Source: Candidatus Bathyarchaeota archaeon
Lineage (GTDB): Archaea; Thermoproteota; Bathyarchaeia; Bathyarchaeales; Bathycorpusculaceae
Reading direction: 5' to 3'
DNA: 64,000 nt
Assembly (NCBI GenBank): GCA_963833575.1
Contig: CAWHXY010000005.1
Location: forward strand, 32,001-96,000
Shown here: piece by piece, positions 9,906-19,140 of the stretch
Layout of the letters: each line of letters opens with the position of its first letter
Position numbering within the stretch: position 1 is the stretch's first letter
Notes under the pieces: generated by a model
The model's input: the letters and a program-made list of their open reading frames with translations, nothing else
Told to the model about the DNA's origin: nothing
Database searches by the model: none
Made by a program: the position numbers and the translations under genes

Positions 9906-10298
9906 CTTTTTTGTCTCCTTAAAAACAGAATACACCCATCCGTAGATATAAGCATGTCATAAATTCAGCCAAGAAAACTTGCATGCTTTTTCAATTATAG
10001 AGACAATTCTTGTTAAGAAAAATTGCCAGCTGAGTCTAAACCCCACAGCAAACATCTTTTTTCCTTAAGCACTTTCAAACCTTTCGTTGATGCTATCGCA
10101 GAACGCTCGTAGTTACTTACAGGTTTCTAATGTCACTGTTGAGCATGTTCCTCAACTGACAACTATTACAGTACTCAACATTGAATATAATGTTATGTTG
10201 GCACATTAGCCTACCCACAAATGTCAGCAAGAAACATGGATAAGTAAAATGAATGCAAAAAACTTAAACAATACAGTGTTATCAGTTACGGTGCTGGT

Positions 10299-10420
10299 GC
10301 CGGGGTATCCGAGCCAGGTCTAAATAGGCGGCCAGATAATTTGATTGCCTAAGATATGGAGGAGGACTTAAGATCCTCTGGCGCAGGCCTTCGTGGGTTC
10401 AAGTCCCACCCCCGGCACCA
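10299..10420 (+). tRNA. tRNA-Leu(UAA) with a 34-nt intron (10324-10357) at position 22/23; CCA encoded
   Basis: Acceptor GCCGGGG/CCCCGGC-ACCA; anticodon arm GAGGA-CT-TAA-GA-TCCTC; long variable arm; GTTCAAGT T-loop; removing the intron restores D-arm GAGCCAGGTCTAAGGA. Confidence 0.92.
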
Positions 10421-10441
10421 CTGTTTTCTAAACTCTTTTGT

Positions 10442-11818
10442 TTATTTTTTTACTCTTCGCGGCCAGAAGAATGCACTGGCAAAAAGTACAATGAATGAAA
10501 TAAAGATCAGCATAAATAATGTGTCATATGCTTGTCCTACTGTGGTTTTCCAAAGGAAACACTGGAAGTAATCGTTTGCGTAAGCGCCAGGGCCAGGCCA
10601 ACTCCACCCTTGACTATGAGGTCCAGCTTGCCACCAAACTGGTCCACTTACTATGAGGTCAAGCTGCCATAAGCTGAAGAAAAGTAAACCCATAGCAACC
10701 ATTACGCCTGCAAGATTAAAGATAGCATTTGTTTTTACAAGGTATGTCCTGAAGTTTCGCAGTCGCTCTGGAAATGTTTCTTTTTTCTTAGGAACGCACT
10801 TTTTCCCGCCTCTTTTAGGTTTGAGCGTTAGTTTGTTATTCAAGTAACCCATTGCGGACATTCGTGCAGTCTCAAACATACCATAAACGAAAACTCCTGT
10901 TCCTGCTAGGAGCATTGCGAAGCCAGCATAATTCATAAAGGTACTTTTTGCATAGCCGCTGGCTATTAGAGAGCCATTAATCACTAGCATTGCGCCAATG
11001 CCTATTGCCCATATGCTGCCCAAAATAACGTTTGGTCTGTACTCGCCTTCGCATTCTTCATCTAGATCCAAACGGCTTTTTAGTGCGGATACAACGGTTC
11101 CTGATATGCCTATGCTTAAAACTACTATCCCTGACAATAGCATTCCAAAACCCACATAATTGATAATTGACTGTTTTGCATAAGCACCTGCTAATATAGA
11201 TCCAATGACAAAAAGAACAATTCCAATCCCCATTGATAAAATGCTTAAGAACAGAATTCTCGGTTTCTCAACTCTAAGGCTTGATTTCCTTTTGTTTTGG
11301 GTTAGCTGAATTTTCAGCGTTCCTAAAGCAGTTCCGAATGCACCCAATACAAAAACACAAATTCCCGCTAATAGCATTGCGAAGCCTGATGTGTTTGTTA
11401 CCGTATTTTTCGCATAAGTGCTGCCTAGTATTGAACCGATAATAGTCAAGATTACGCCAATACCAATTCCCCATATACTTGGACACAACATTTTCGGCAC
11501 AGCAATTTTGCCGCTTGCAGGTGTTTTTTGGGTCAAGCGGTTTCTTACGGTTGATGTGGCTGTTGCACAAATGCCTAAAATTGAAGTAGCTATTCCTACC
11601 ATGATCATGCCAAAGCCAGTATAATTCGTTAACGTGGCTTTAGAGTAAGAACTAGCTATTACTGAGCCTATGATGGCTATAACTAAACCAACTAAAATGA
11701 TTGTTGTCTTGCTGCCGTGGGGTTCTTGAGGTTTCTTGAGGTTTGTTGAGCGTTTTGACCTATGATTCTGTGTCTGCTTTTGCTTTTCTGTCGGCTCAAG
11801 TTTTTCTGCTGCACTCAT
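10442..11818 (-). CDS. Multi-pass membrane protein with four internal two-helix repeats
   Basis: Repeated (I/N)GS.(I/L)(A/G)S.Y(S/A)K.T..NY.GF.M...G units separated by basic linkers. Confidence 0.75.
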   Translation of the reverse strand: MSAAEKLEPTEKQKQTQNHRSKRSTNLKKPQEPHGSKTTIILVGLVIAIIGSVIASSYSKATLTNYTGFGMIMVGIATSILGICATATSTVRNRLTQKTPASGKIAVPKMLCPSIWGIGIGVILTIIGSILGSTYAKNTVTNTSGFAMLLAGICVFVLGAFGTALGTLKIQLTQNKRKSSLRVEKPRILFLSILSMGIGIVLFVIGSILAGAYAKQSIINYVGFGMLLSGIVVLSIGISGTVVSALKSRLDLDEECEGEYRPNVILGSIWAIGIGAMLVINGSLIASGYAKSTFMNYAGFAMLLAGTGVFVYGMFETARMSAMGYLNNKLTLKPKRGGKKCVPKKKETFPERLRNFRTYLVKTNAIFNLAGVMVAMGLLFFSLWQLDLIVSGPVWWQAGPHSQGWSWPGPGAYANDYFQCFLWKTTVGQAYDTLFMLIFISFIVLFASAFFWPRRVKK

Positions 11819-12129
11819 TCAGTTACCATCTATATTCTCTGTTCTTGCCAACCAATTGAACACGTTATACTGTGCATGTTGCCTATAACATTTGGGTCTA
11901 TATTTTATTGACATTTTCTAGTTTTTTGTTGTTAACAGAATAATCTATAGCCTTGTGATGATGCCTTGTGATGATTAGTTGACGAGAGTAATGGATAACG
12001 ATTCATACGAAAGATGAGATTTGTGACGAATAATTCCGCACCCAGCAAACCATAAACTCTGACCAAAAAGAGTGATCTAAACGAGCTTCAAAAAATTGTT
12101 TGCCCGCACCTTAGAAAATTATTGATCGG

Positions 12130-12200
12130 TCGCGATGATTTGCGATGATTCCCGGTGCCACCTGCAATTGAAGTAAACCCTAAAACAAAAAAGCAACCTT
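12130..12200 (+). repeat. Dispersed intergenic element, copy 5 (TTGCGATGAT-type array + core)
   Basis: tcgcgatgat/ttgcgatgat/tcccggtgcc then acctgcaattgaagtaaaccctaaaacaaaaaagcaacc. Confidence 0.75.
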
Positions 12201-12245
12201 TCTTAGCCTTTTTTAAAACAGGGAAATTACACCTCTTTTTTTCTC

Positions 12246-13169
12246 TTAAGGTCTTGACGCATCCGAGGCGGCTCTGCTGTGGTTTTTTCTGAAATCAAAT
12301 GCCGAACCCAATTCTTTGATATTAACAATAATTAATGACACTAAGGTGAAGAGGGGTATGAGTGAGTAGTAGTAAAGAGGGGTAGTTACTGCGGAGGCTA
12401 GTACCATGTTCAAGAAATTGGATGCCATGCCTGGATAAAGAAGCATTGCATTTGATAATGCTAATGAGCCAAGTAGGCTTATCGTTGCGGCTTTGAGGTT
12501 TTTGCGGTTATACATAATGAATAGTGGCAGAGCTAACAATCCAAATCTTGGGTCAAAAAACCCAAATGCCAAAGCAATTCCGGACAGGTATGATTTGCCT
12601 CGGCTGCCAAAGTAAAAGCTAATTAAAAGCAGAAAAGTGGCGAATACTTTGGCTTGTCCTTCACCCCACTGCCAATAATAGCTTGTTGAAATAGCCCCTT
12701 GCGGTGTTGGAAATGGCAACAATAATGTGATTACCATTACTGCCAAGGTTATCACAAGAGGCTTGTTACTTAAGAGCTTGTAGAGAAGATACGCCATTAA
12801 GGGGAGAAGAGCGAATTGAGCTATGTCAAAGGCAAGTAGCGCCTGCTGATAGTTCAATGAGAGGAAAGGAGTGATAATTAACAAAAAAGATGGCAGATAC
12901 TTGTACTCTTCAGGGTGAGGAAGAATAATTGGTTCTCCATCGTTTAAAGCTCCAAAATTATATATGTGCGCAGGGTTATTCCAGAGTCTCCAAGCGCCCA
13001 TGTAGTAGGCTGAGAAATCCTTTGCCAGATTTGTGCCTGAAGAGTTTATGCCTGGATTTACAGTGTAAGTCTCAGGGTAAGCAACAACGAAAGTGTAGAA
13101 GTTCAAAAGAATAATTATCGCGACCGCTATGGTGAGAACCATCTTAGTTAAGCGGGATCGGCAAACCAT
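12246..13169 (-). CDS. Putative GT-C glycosyltransferase (GT87/DUF2029-like) membrane protein
   Basis: KDFSAYY after TM1, YKYLPSF, GQ motif, multiple TMs. Confidence 0.65.
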   Translation of the reverse strand: MVCRSRLTKMVLTIAVAIIILLNFYTFVVAYPETYTVNPGINSSGTNLAKDFSAYYMGAWRLWNNPAHIYNFGALNDGEPIILPHPEEYKYLPSFLLIITPFLSLNYQQALLAFDIAQFALLPLMAYLLYKLLSNKPLVITLAVMVITLLLPFPTPQGAISTSYYWQWGEGQAKVFATFLLLISFYFGSRGKSYLSGIALAFGFFDPRFGLLALPLFIMYNRKNLKAATISLLGSLALSNAMLLYPGMASNFLNMVLASAVTTPLYYYSLIPLFTLVSLIIVNIKELGSAFDFRKNHSRAASDASRP

Positions 13170-13377
13170 CTTTTACCCTGCTGGTTTTGCATTTTGGAAT
13201 CTAATTATTTATGAGACATTTATATTTGATTGCCATGTTTTCGACTGTTTCGTAAGATTTAAATAAAAAACATGAACATTGAAGGTTGTATTACACATGT
13301 AATACTAATGAAAATGCTTTTATCTAATTTCACCCTTCAAACCAGCAATACGTAAAACAATAAGGATCAATTGCGAA

Positions 13378-13998
13378 ATGATGCCCACACAAAGTAAAGC
13401 CAAACGAGTTGCAATAACCGCAATGGTAGCCGCAATTTATGCTATATTATTTTTGGGATCAGCACCAGGCATGTTACCGGGATTTACCCTCCTTTACCTC
13501 CCAGTTATTCTGTTAGGTGTCTTTCCTCTATGGTTTGGCTGGAGCGGACTCGCAGGATGCATGATAGGCGCTTTTATTGGAGGCGTGTATGTTGAGGGTG
13601 TGCCTCCTTATGCTGCATGGGTAGAATCAATCACAGCACTAATTATCTTTGGCTTAAATTGGCTTCTTATTCCAAGATCCGCGGTAGACGTAAAGTCAAA
13701 GAGAAATCTTTTGTTGCTCACTGTTCTCTATGCTGTCACTCTGTTTATAGGAACTGCTTACATACTGTGGCAATACACTTATTTGTTTAACATCGGGTTA
13801 ATGACATTTCCAGTTATAGGTGGATTTTCTTTCGGAGTAGTTCTTGCTGCCACTTTTGGCCTCAATTTTACTATCCAACTTGCCGTATGCCCTGCTTTGC
13901 TAAGAACTGTTACGCCTAGATTAAAAAATTGGGGTGTATACTCTGGCACTTTCTCGGAATGGAGAAGCATAAGAGCAAAATCCAAAGCAAGAAAGTAA
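13378..13998 (+). CDS. Membrane protein, ECF S-component/QueT-like
   Basis: AITAMVAAIYA start, ~6 TMs, G...GAFIG motif. Confidence 0.55.
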   Translation: MMPTQSKAKRVAITAMVAAIYAILFLGSAPGMLPGFTLLYLPVILLGVFPLWFGWSGLAGCMIGAFIGGVYVEGVPPYAAWVESITALIIFGLNWLLIPRSAVDVKSKRNLLLLTVLYAVTLFIGTAYILWQYTYLFNIGLMTFPVIGGFSFGVVLAATFGLNFTIQLAVCPALLRTVTPRLKNWGVYSGTFSEWRSIRAKSKARK

Positions 13999-14135
13999 TA
14001 ACCTCCCTTTAATCTCCTCTTCTTTAATAGAAATTTAATTCATTAAGTTGAAATTCCATTTAAGAATAATAAAATGGTTTGCGTCAAATTAATAGACAAT
14101 ACTTTTAAGTTATCTGCTCCTTAAAACCAGTTTGA

Positions 14136-14660
14136 GTGCCCGTAATGAAAGTAAGAATAATAAAACTAACTCCAGAGCGCCTTATCGAATTATTGCAAGG
14201 AAAAGCTATTTCCTTCGTTTCCAACCTTCCAAGTGACGCTGAACTTTTAGATTTAAAATTTGATTTATTTTCAAAACAAGTGCTTGCGGTAGTTAGAAGC
14301 AACAGTTTTGATGATATTGCCGAATCATACCCCTTTCCAGAGTACAACCTAACAGGAAATATAGACTCTAAAATTGCACCTAAGCCAAATGTTACAGTCA
14401 AAGCGGAACCCAAGCCCGAAGTTAAAATCGCAGTTGCAAGTACGGTTCAACAAAATAAAACAGCAATCAACATGGAAAATGAGTTTAGTCCAGATCAGCG
14501 CAAAGTTCTCAGTTTCACAGTTAAGGGCGACTACGTAATAGTAAAGCCTATTCAGTTTTTGAAGGCTGAATGGGATGACATCAATGAGATTGTCCGAAGT
14601 TTAGGCGGCAAATGGGTAAAAGGTGACATAATCAGCTATTGGGAAATCCCTCTTCAATAG
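14136..14660 (+). CDS. Hypothetical protein
   Basis: 174-aa ORF, two domains joined by a P/K-rich linker; C-terminal FLKAEWDDINEIVRSLGGKWV. Confidence 0.65.
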   Translation: MPVMKVRIIKLTPERLIELLQGKAISFVSNLPSDAELLDLKFDLFSKQVLAVVRSNSFDDIAESYPFPEYNLTGNIDSKIAPKPNVTVKAEPKPEVKIAVASTVQQNKTAINMENEFSPDQRKVLSFTVKGDYVIVKPIQFLKAEWDDINEIVRSLGGKWVKGDIISYWEIPLQ

Positions 14661-14727
14661 TTGGAGTTGATTTGGGGAAAATTCTTTAAAGAAGATAACG
14701 CTTAAACACCATAAGGGATGTATCAGG

Positions 14728-15087
14728 ATGGAAAAAACCGATAAACCTCTAACTCGAGATGCACTAGTTTCGATGCAAGTCATAGATTCAAAAGGGCGAT
14801 CTTTGGGGAAAGTGAAAGACGTAGTCTTTGAAGTAGGGAAATTAGGCATTTCATTGTCAGTTGAAAACGAGGATGGGGAAATCCAAACAGTTCAATGGAA
14901 CGATATTCAGGCAGCTTCAGATTTTATAATCATGAAACCTCAGGGTCAAAGCGTCACTGAAGAGCCAGCACAACAGAGAGTTTCCAAGGAAAAAACTGTG
15001 CCCATTTGTCCTTCATGCGGTAAACCTCTTACATGGATTCCGCAGTACAAAAGATGGTATTGCTACAACGACAAAAAATACGTTTAA
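14728..15087 (+). CDS. PRC-barrel domain protein with C-terminal zinc ribbon
   Basis: LVSMQVIDSKGRSLGKVKDVVF...WNDIQAASDFII; CPSCGKPLTWIPQYKRWYCYND. Confidence 0.75.
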   Translation: MEKTDKPLTRDALVSMQVIDSKGRSLGKVKDVVFEVGKLGISLSVENEDGEIQTVQWNDIQAASDFIIMKPQGQSVTEEPAQQRVSKEKTVPICPSCGKPLTWIPQYKRWYCYNDKKYV

Positions 15088-15115
15088 CTTACCATCAAAC
15101 GTTTATTTTTTTGAT

Positions 15116-15748
15116 TTATCCTGTTTCATTTGTCATGGATTTTTCTAATTTAGTGATTGTCCCATTTTTTCCAAGACGCAGCTGTTTCTCCCCTTTGAAA
15201 CTGGCGACATGCGCATTCCTAACTTCAATATGATCACCCATTGAAACGGCATTTACCTGTTGATCCCAGAGGCAAAGCATGACTTTTCCAGTTTCATCAC
15301 CTATCCAAGCATTAGAAACAAGAGCATTATCTCTAAATTGCGTATGGACTTTAGACGGCTCAGACGTCTCCAACACTTCTGCAATTACATTTATCTTTTT
15401 CATTCCAACGTTTAAATTCTCTATTTTAATGTGCGATGGTGTTGGGGTTTGCTTTGCTATTTCTTTGCGGACTCTACTGGTGTCCATTGAATTATCGAAT
15501 GAAACATTTGTTTTTGACAATGTTTCCTCGGGAACTCGGAATTGTGATACAACGTTGTTCTCTTTCTTAATCAAAAAAATGGCTTGTTCGTTTACGCTTC
15601 CTCTATATTCGACGGTTAAATCTTCGCATATCGATTTGCCATGTTCTTTAGCTTGAATTAAGGAGTTAAAGAGTTCAGTCGGGTAAATGTTATGCTGCGC
15701 TGAGATAAAGGCAAGCTGGTCTTCAAGCGTCGGCTTTTTTGGTTTCAC
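15116..15748 (-). CDS. OB-fold SSB/RPA-like protein with N-terminal extra domain, paralog 2
   Basis: Aligns along its length with 6120..6746 (KKPT.E.LAF.S, EYR.S...AIFLI, GMKKIN, DETG...LCLW, FKGE.QLRLGK.G); GTG start at 15748 after GGAGG. Confidence 0.8.
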   Translation of the reverse strand: MKPKKPTLEDQLAFISAQHNIYPTELFNSLIQAKEHGKSICEDLTVEYRGSVNEQAIFLIKKENNVVSQFRVPEETLSKTNVSFDNSMDTSRVRKEIAKQTPTPSHIKIENLNVGMKKINVIAEVLETSEPSKVHTQFRDNALVSNAWIGDETGKVMLCLWDQQVNAVSMGDHIEVRNAHVASFKGEKQLRLGKNGTITKLEKSMTNETG

Positions 15749-16003
15749 AGTGTTTATGCTCCTCCAATAGCGAATTATCTTGAAAAAGGAAACGTTAGGT
15801 ATCAAAATTTACTTTTTCTCGATTAATTCTGACATTTAAATATTACAATAATAAGTATATAGGTTTAGCTGCAAAAAGACAATTTATTTCTTGTGAAAGA
15901 ACCAAAAATTTGACGAATCAAGAATTACTTCCAAAAAGGAAAAAAACTAGGCTTCACAATAAACTATTAGAAAAATTTTAAATCTGCTTTTTGGAGCACT
16001 TTT

Positions 16004-16897
16004 ATGGAAGAACTAAAAGAACTAACAAAAGTAAAACTTAAAAATTTGGACAAAATTTTCTACCCAAAAATTAGTGTTAACAAAGCACAAGTTATTGAGT
16101 ATTATATCAAGATGGCTCCTAAAATACTCCCTGTAATAGCAAACAGGCCATTAGTTTTAACTAGATACCCTGAAGGTGTAGCTGGGGGGGCAGTCAGCTT
16201 TTTTGAAAAAAATGCTCCAGAAGGAAAGCCTGATTGGGTTAAGACAAAAACCATTTACTCGCCAACGTCCAAACGAGATGTCCACTATATCGTTTGCAAT
16301 GATCTGGATACTCTAATCTGGCTTGCAAACATAGCAGCCATAGAAATTCACATGCCCTTCTCCCAAATTGATTCTTTAGAAAAGCCGGACCTACTATTTT
16401 TTGATGTTGACCCTGAACCTCCAGCCACATTGAGTGACGCTGCAGAAGTCTCATTGTTGCTAAAGGAAAAACTTCTCGATTTAGGGCTAACACCATTCAT
16501 TAAAACTTCAGGCAAAAAAGGGTTTCATGTGGTAATTCCAATTATTCCAGACCACTCGTTTGAAGAAATAAGAGATTTTGTACATAAAATAGGCATTGAC
16601 TTAGCAAAAGAAAGCAACATTGTCGTTTCCGAATTCAGAGACACAAAGAAACCAGGCAAAGTTTTCGCTGATTACCTCCAGAATTCACCTTTACGAACAA
16701 TGGTTGTTCCTTATAGTTTACGGCCAACGCCTCAAGCAACTGTTTCAACACCTTTGGACTGGGGTGAAGTAAAGAAAGGAATAAACCCTTCCGACTTCAC
16801 TATTTTTAATGTAGCAGATCGGAAAAGTGATCCGTGGAAAAGTATTTTTGAAAAAAAATGTAAACTGGAGATTCAATTATGGAACAAGAAGATGTAG
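16004..16897 (+). CDS. ligD: NHEJ LigD-type primase-polymerase (standalone Pol domain)
   Basis: NLDKIFYP, LTRYPEG, FFEKN, AIEIH, PDLLFFDVDP, KTSGKKGFHV, VFADYLQN, VPYSLRP, VSTPLDW. Confidence 0.92.
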   Translation: MEELKELTKVKLKNLDKIFYPKISVNKAQVIEYYIKMAPKILPVIANRPLVLTRYPEGVAGGAVSFFEKNAPEGKPDWVKTKTIYSPTSKRDVHYIVCNDLDTLIWLANIAAIEIHMPFSQIDSLEKPDLLFFDVDPEPPATLSDAAEVSLLLKEKLLDLGLTPFIKTSGKKGFHVVIPIIPDHSFEEIRDFVHKIGIDLAKESNIVVSEFRDTKKPGKVFADYLQNSPLRTMVVPYSLRPTPQATVSTPLDWGEVKKGINPSDFTIFNVADRKSDPWKSIFEKKCKLEIQLWNKKM

Positions 16898-17712
16898 AAG
16901 AAACTTCGGAACTGGATAATAATAAAGTCAGCGCTCCCGCCCCTAGACGGTCTATTTGGTCAGGAAGCGTAACAATCGGGTTAGTTAATGTTCCTGTCAA
17001 GCTGTATTCAATGATTTATGACCGAGGCGTAAGATTTCATTTTTTACACAGCATAGACGGCCAACCTCTTAAGTACGTCAAGATGTGCACAAAAGATGAC
17101 AAAATCGTACCTTGGAATGAAGTAGTTCGAGGCTATGAAGTTTCAAAAAATGAATTTGTAACTATAGAAAAAAAAGATTTGGATGCTGCAAAACCTGAAT
17201 CAGACAATAGAATTAGGATCAGAAAATTCGTTGATTATTTCTCAGTTGACCCCATATACTTTGACAAAACCTACGCTCTGATGCCTGACAAAAACAAAGA
17301 AGCTTACGGCTTGCTTTTAACGGCGCTTGAGAAAAAAAATAAAGCAGGCGCTGGACGCATAACCCTTCGAACAAAAGAATACCCCGCGCTACTTCACACA
17401 TACAAAGGCGCATTGGTTTTAACAACACTTCGTTATGGCTATGATGTTGTTGATCCACGGGATTTTGAGGAAGTTCACAAGCTCAAAGAGCCAGAAAAAT
17501 CCGAATTAGACCTAGCCGTAAAAATAGTTACTGACCTTTCAGGAGACTTTGATATTTCAGAATTTGAAGACACATACATGAAAAGAGTTGAAGAACTTAT
17601 AGCTCAAAAAGTGAAAGGCGAAAAAATTCACATTGAAAAGCCTCCAGAAGTAGAAGCTAAAGGTCTCATGGTTGCCCTACGCGAAACTCTCAAGCAGTTG
17701 GAACAGAAATGA
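16879..17712 (+). CDS. ku: Non-homologous end-joining protein Ku
   Basis: RSIWSGSVTIGLVNVPVKLY, EVVRGYE, VDPIYFDKTY, AYGLL, LTTLRY, FEDTY, LMVALRETL. Confidence 0.93.
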   Translation: MEQEDVEETSELDNNKVSAPAPRRSIWSGSVTIGLVNVPVKLYSMIYDRGVRFHFLHSIDGQPLKYVKMCTKDDKIVPWNEVVRGYEVSKNEFVTIEKKDLDAAKPESDNRIRIRKFVDYFSVDPIYFDKTYALMPDKNKEAYGLLLTALEKKNKAGAGRITLRTKEYPALLHTYKGALVLTTLRYGYDVVDPRDFEEVHKLKEPEKSELDLAVKIVTDLSGDFDISEFEDTYMKRVEELIAQKVKGEKIHIEKPPEVEAKGLMVALRETLKQLEQK

Positions 17713-19139
17713 GTCATCATATCTACAAGCCTATGCTTGCAAAAGTTGCCCCCGATGCTTTTACAGATAAAGATTGGATATTTGAAATTAAATGGGACGG
17801 TTTCCGAGCCATCTCTTATGTTGACCAAGGGTTTAGCGTAAAAAGCCGCAATGGAAAGGAATTAAAACATAACTTTCCTGAACTTTCAGAACTAAAAAAG
17901 TTAGCTGGGAACATAGTTGTGGATGGCGAAATTGTTGTTATGCGCGACGGCAAGCCTGATTTCCAAACTTTACTGGAACGTGGTCAAGTAGTTTCTACTG
18001 GAGAAATCCAAAAGCAAACCCAACTGGCGCCCGCAACATATATTGTGTTTGATATTTTAGAAAAAGATGGAAAATCGTTGACTAAGTTGCCGTTGCTTGA
18101 GCGGAAAGAAATTTTGAAAGATTCTTTGAAAGAGAGTTCACACGTACTTCTTTCTGATTTTATTGAGGAGAAAGGTGAAGCTTATTATCAACTTGTGCTG
18201 GAGAAGGGCTTGGAAGGTGTGATGGCGAAGAAAAAGGATAGTCTATATGAGGAAGGTTTACGAACTGGAAGTTGGTTGAAAATTAAGAAATTAAAAACTT
18301 GTGACTGCGTAATTTTTGGGTACACGTTGGGAACACAATCGAGAGGAAAAACTTTTGGTGCATTACTTTTAGGTCTATACGATAAGGATAGCAAACCAGT
18401 TTATGTGGGTAAGGTTGGAACTGGATTCACTGGAAAAATGTTGGGATTTCTAATGTATAAGTTTGACAAATTAAAAGCAGATGTCGCACCTTTTATGCCA
18501 GAAGCCGGCGATAAGGTAACTTGGCTAGTTCCAAGGCTGGTTTGTGAAGTTGCTTATCAAGTTGTGACAAAGCATTTGAGGTTAAGAATGCCTCGTTTTA
18601 AAGGTTTACGAGATGATAAGTCGCCACAAGAATGCACAGTTGACCAAATAGTAGAAAACAAAAAAATGGATAAATCCGTAGGCGACAACCTCTCAGAGTA
18701 TGAGTCAAAACGTAATTTTCAGCAGACTCCTGAGCCAGCTGGCGGAGAGAAAAAAGGCGAAAATCTAATTTTTGTTGTGCAAGAACATCATGCTCGACGA
18801 CTTCATTACGACTTAAGGTTGGAAAAAGACGGTGTTTTGAAAAGTTGGGCCGTTCCAAAAGGAATCCCTGAAACGTCTGCGCAGCGATATCTGGCAGTGG
18901 AGACAGAAGATCATCCGTATGAGTACGCTAGTTTTGAAGGTTCAATTCCGCAAGGACAATATGGCGCTGGGACAGTAAAAATCTGGGATAAAGGACATTA
19001 CGAAACCAAGTTTTGGGACGAAAACAAAATTGAAGTTACGCTTAACGGCCAGAAGCTTAAAGGACGATATATTTTGGTATGGCTAAAAAGAGCTAAAGGC
19101 AAAGGGAAAAATTGGCTACTGTTCAAGGGTAAGGAATAA
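17709..19139 (+). CDS. ligD: NHEJ ATP-dependent DNA ligase fused to a C-terminal 3'-phosphoesterase (PE) domain
   Basis: Ligase motifs PMLA, EIKWDGFR, DGEIV, FDIL, EGVMAK, WLKIK, GKVGTGF, LRMPRF; PE motifs YESKRNF..TPEP, FVVQEHHARRLHYDLRLE, SWAVPKG, EDHP, YGAGTVKIWDKG. Confidence 0.93.
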   Translation: MSHHIYKPMLAKVAPDAFTDKDWIFEIKWDGFRAISYVDQGFSVKSRNGKELKHNFPELSELKKLAGNIVVDGEIVVMRDGKPDFQTLLERGQVVSTGEIQKQTQLAPATYIVFDILEKDGKSLTKLPLLERKEILKDSLKESSHVLLSDFIEEKGEAYYQLVLEKGLEGVMAKKKDSLYEEGLRTGSWLKIKKLKTCDCVIFGYTLGTQSRGKTFGALLLGLYDKDSKPVYVGKVGTGFTGKMLGFLMYKFDKLKADVAPFMPEAGDKVTWLVPRLVCEVAYQVVTKHLRLRMPRFKGLRDDKSPQECTVDQIVENKKMDKSVGDNLSEYESKRNFQQTPEPAGGEKKGENLIFVVQEHHARRLHYDLRLEKDGVLKSWAVPKGIPETSAQRYLAVETEDHPYEYASFEGSIPQGQYGAGTVKIWDKGHYETKFWDENKIEVTLNGQKLKGRYILVWLKRAKGKGKNWLLFKGKE

Positions 19140-19140
19140 T

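Noticed and set aside
10356-10571. 71-aa ORF
   Set aside because: Overlaps the tRNA-Leu and the antisense membrane gene; spurious.
16004-16897. LigD polymerase as the source of the 10-bp arrays
   Set aside because: Attractive because of its slippage-prone synthesis, but nothing in the sequence links it to the cores; pure speculation.
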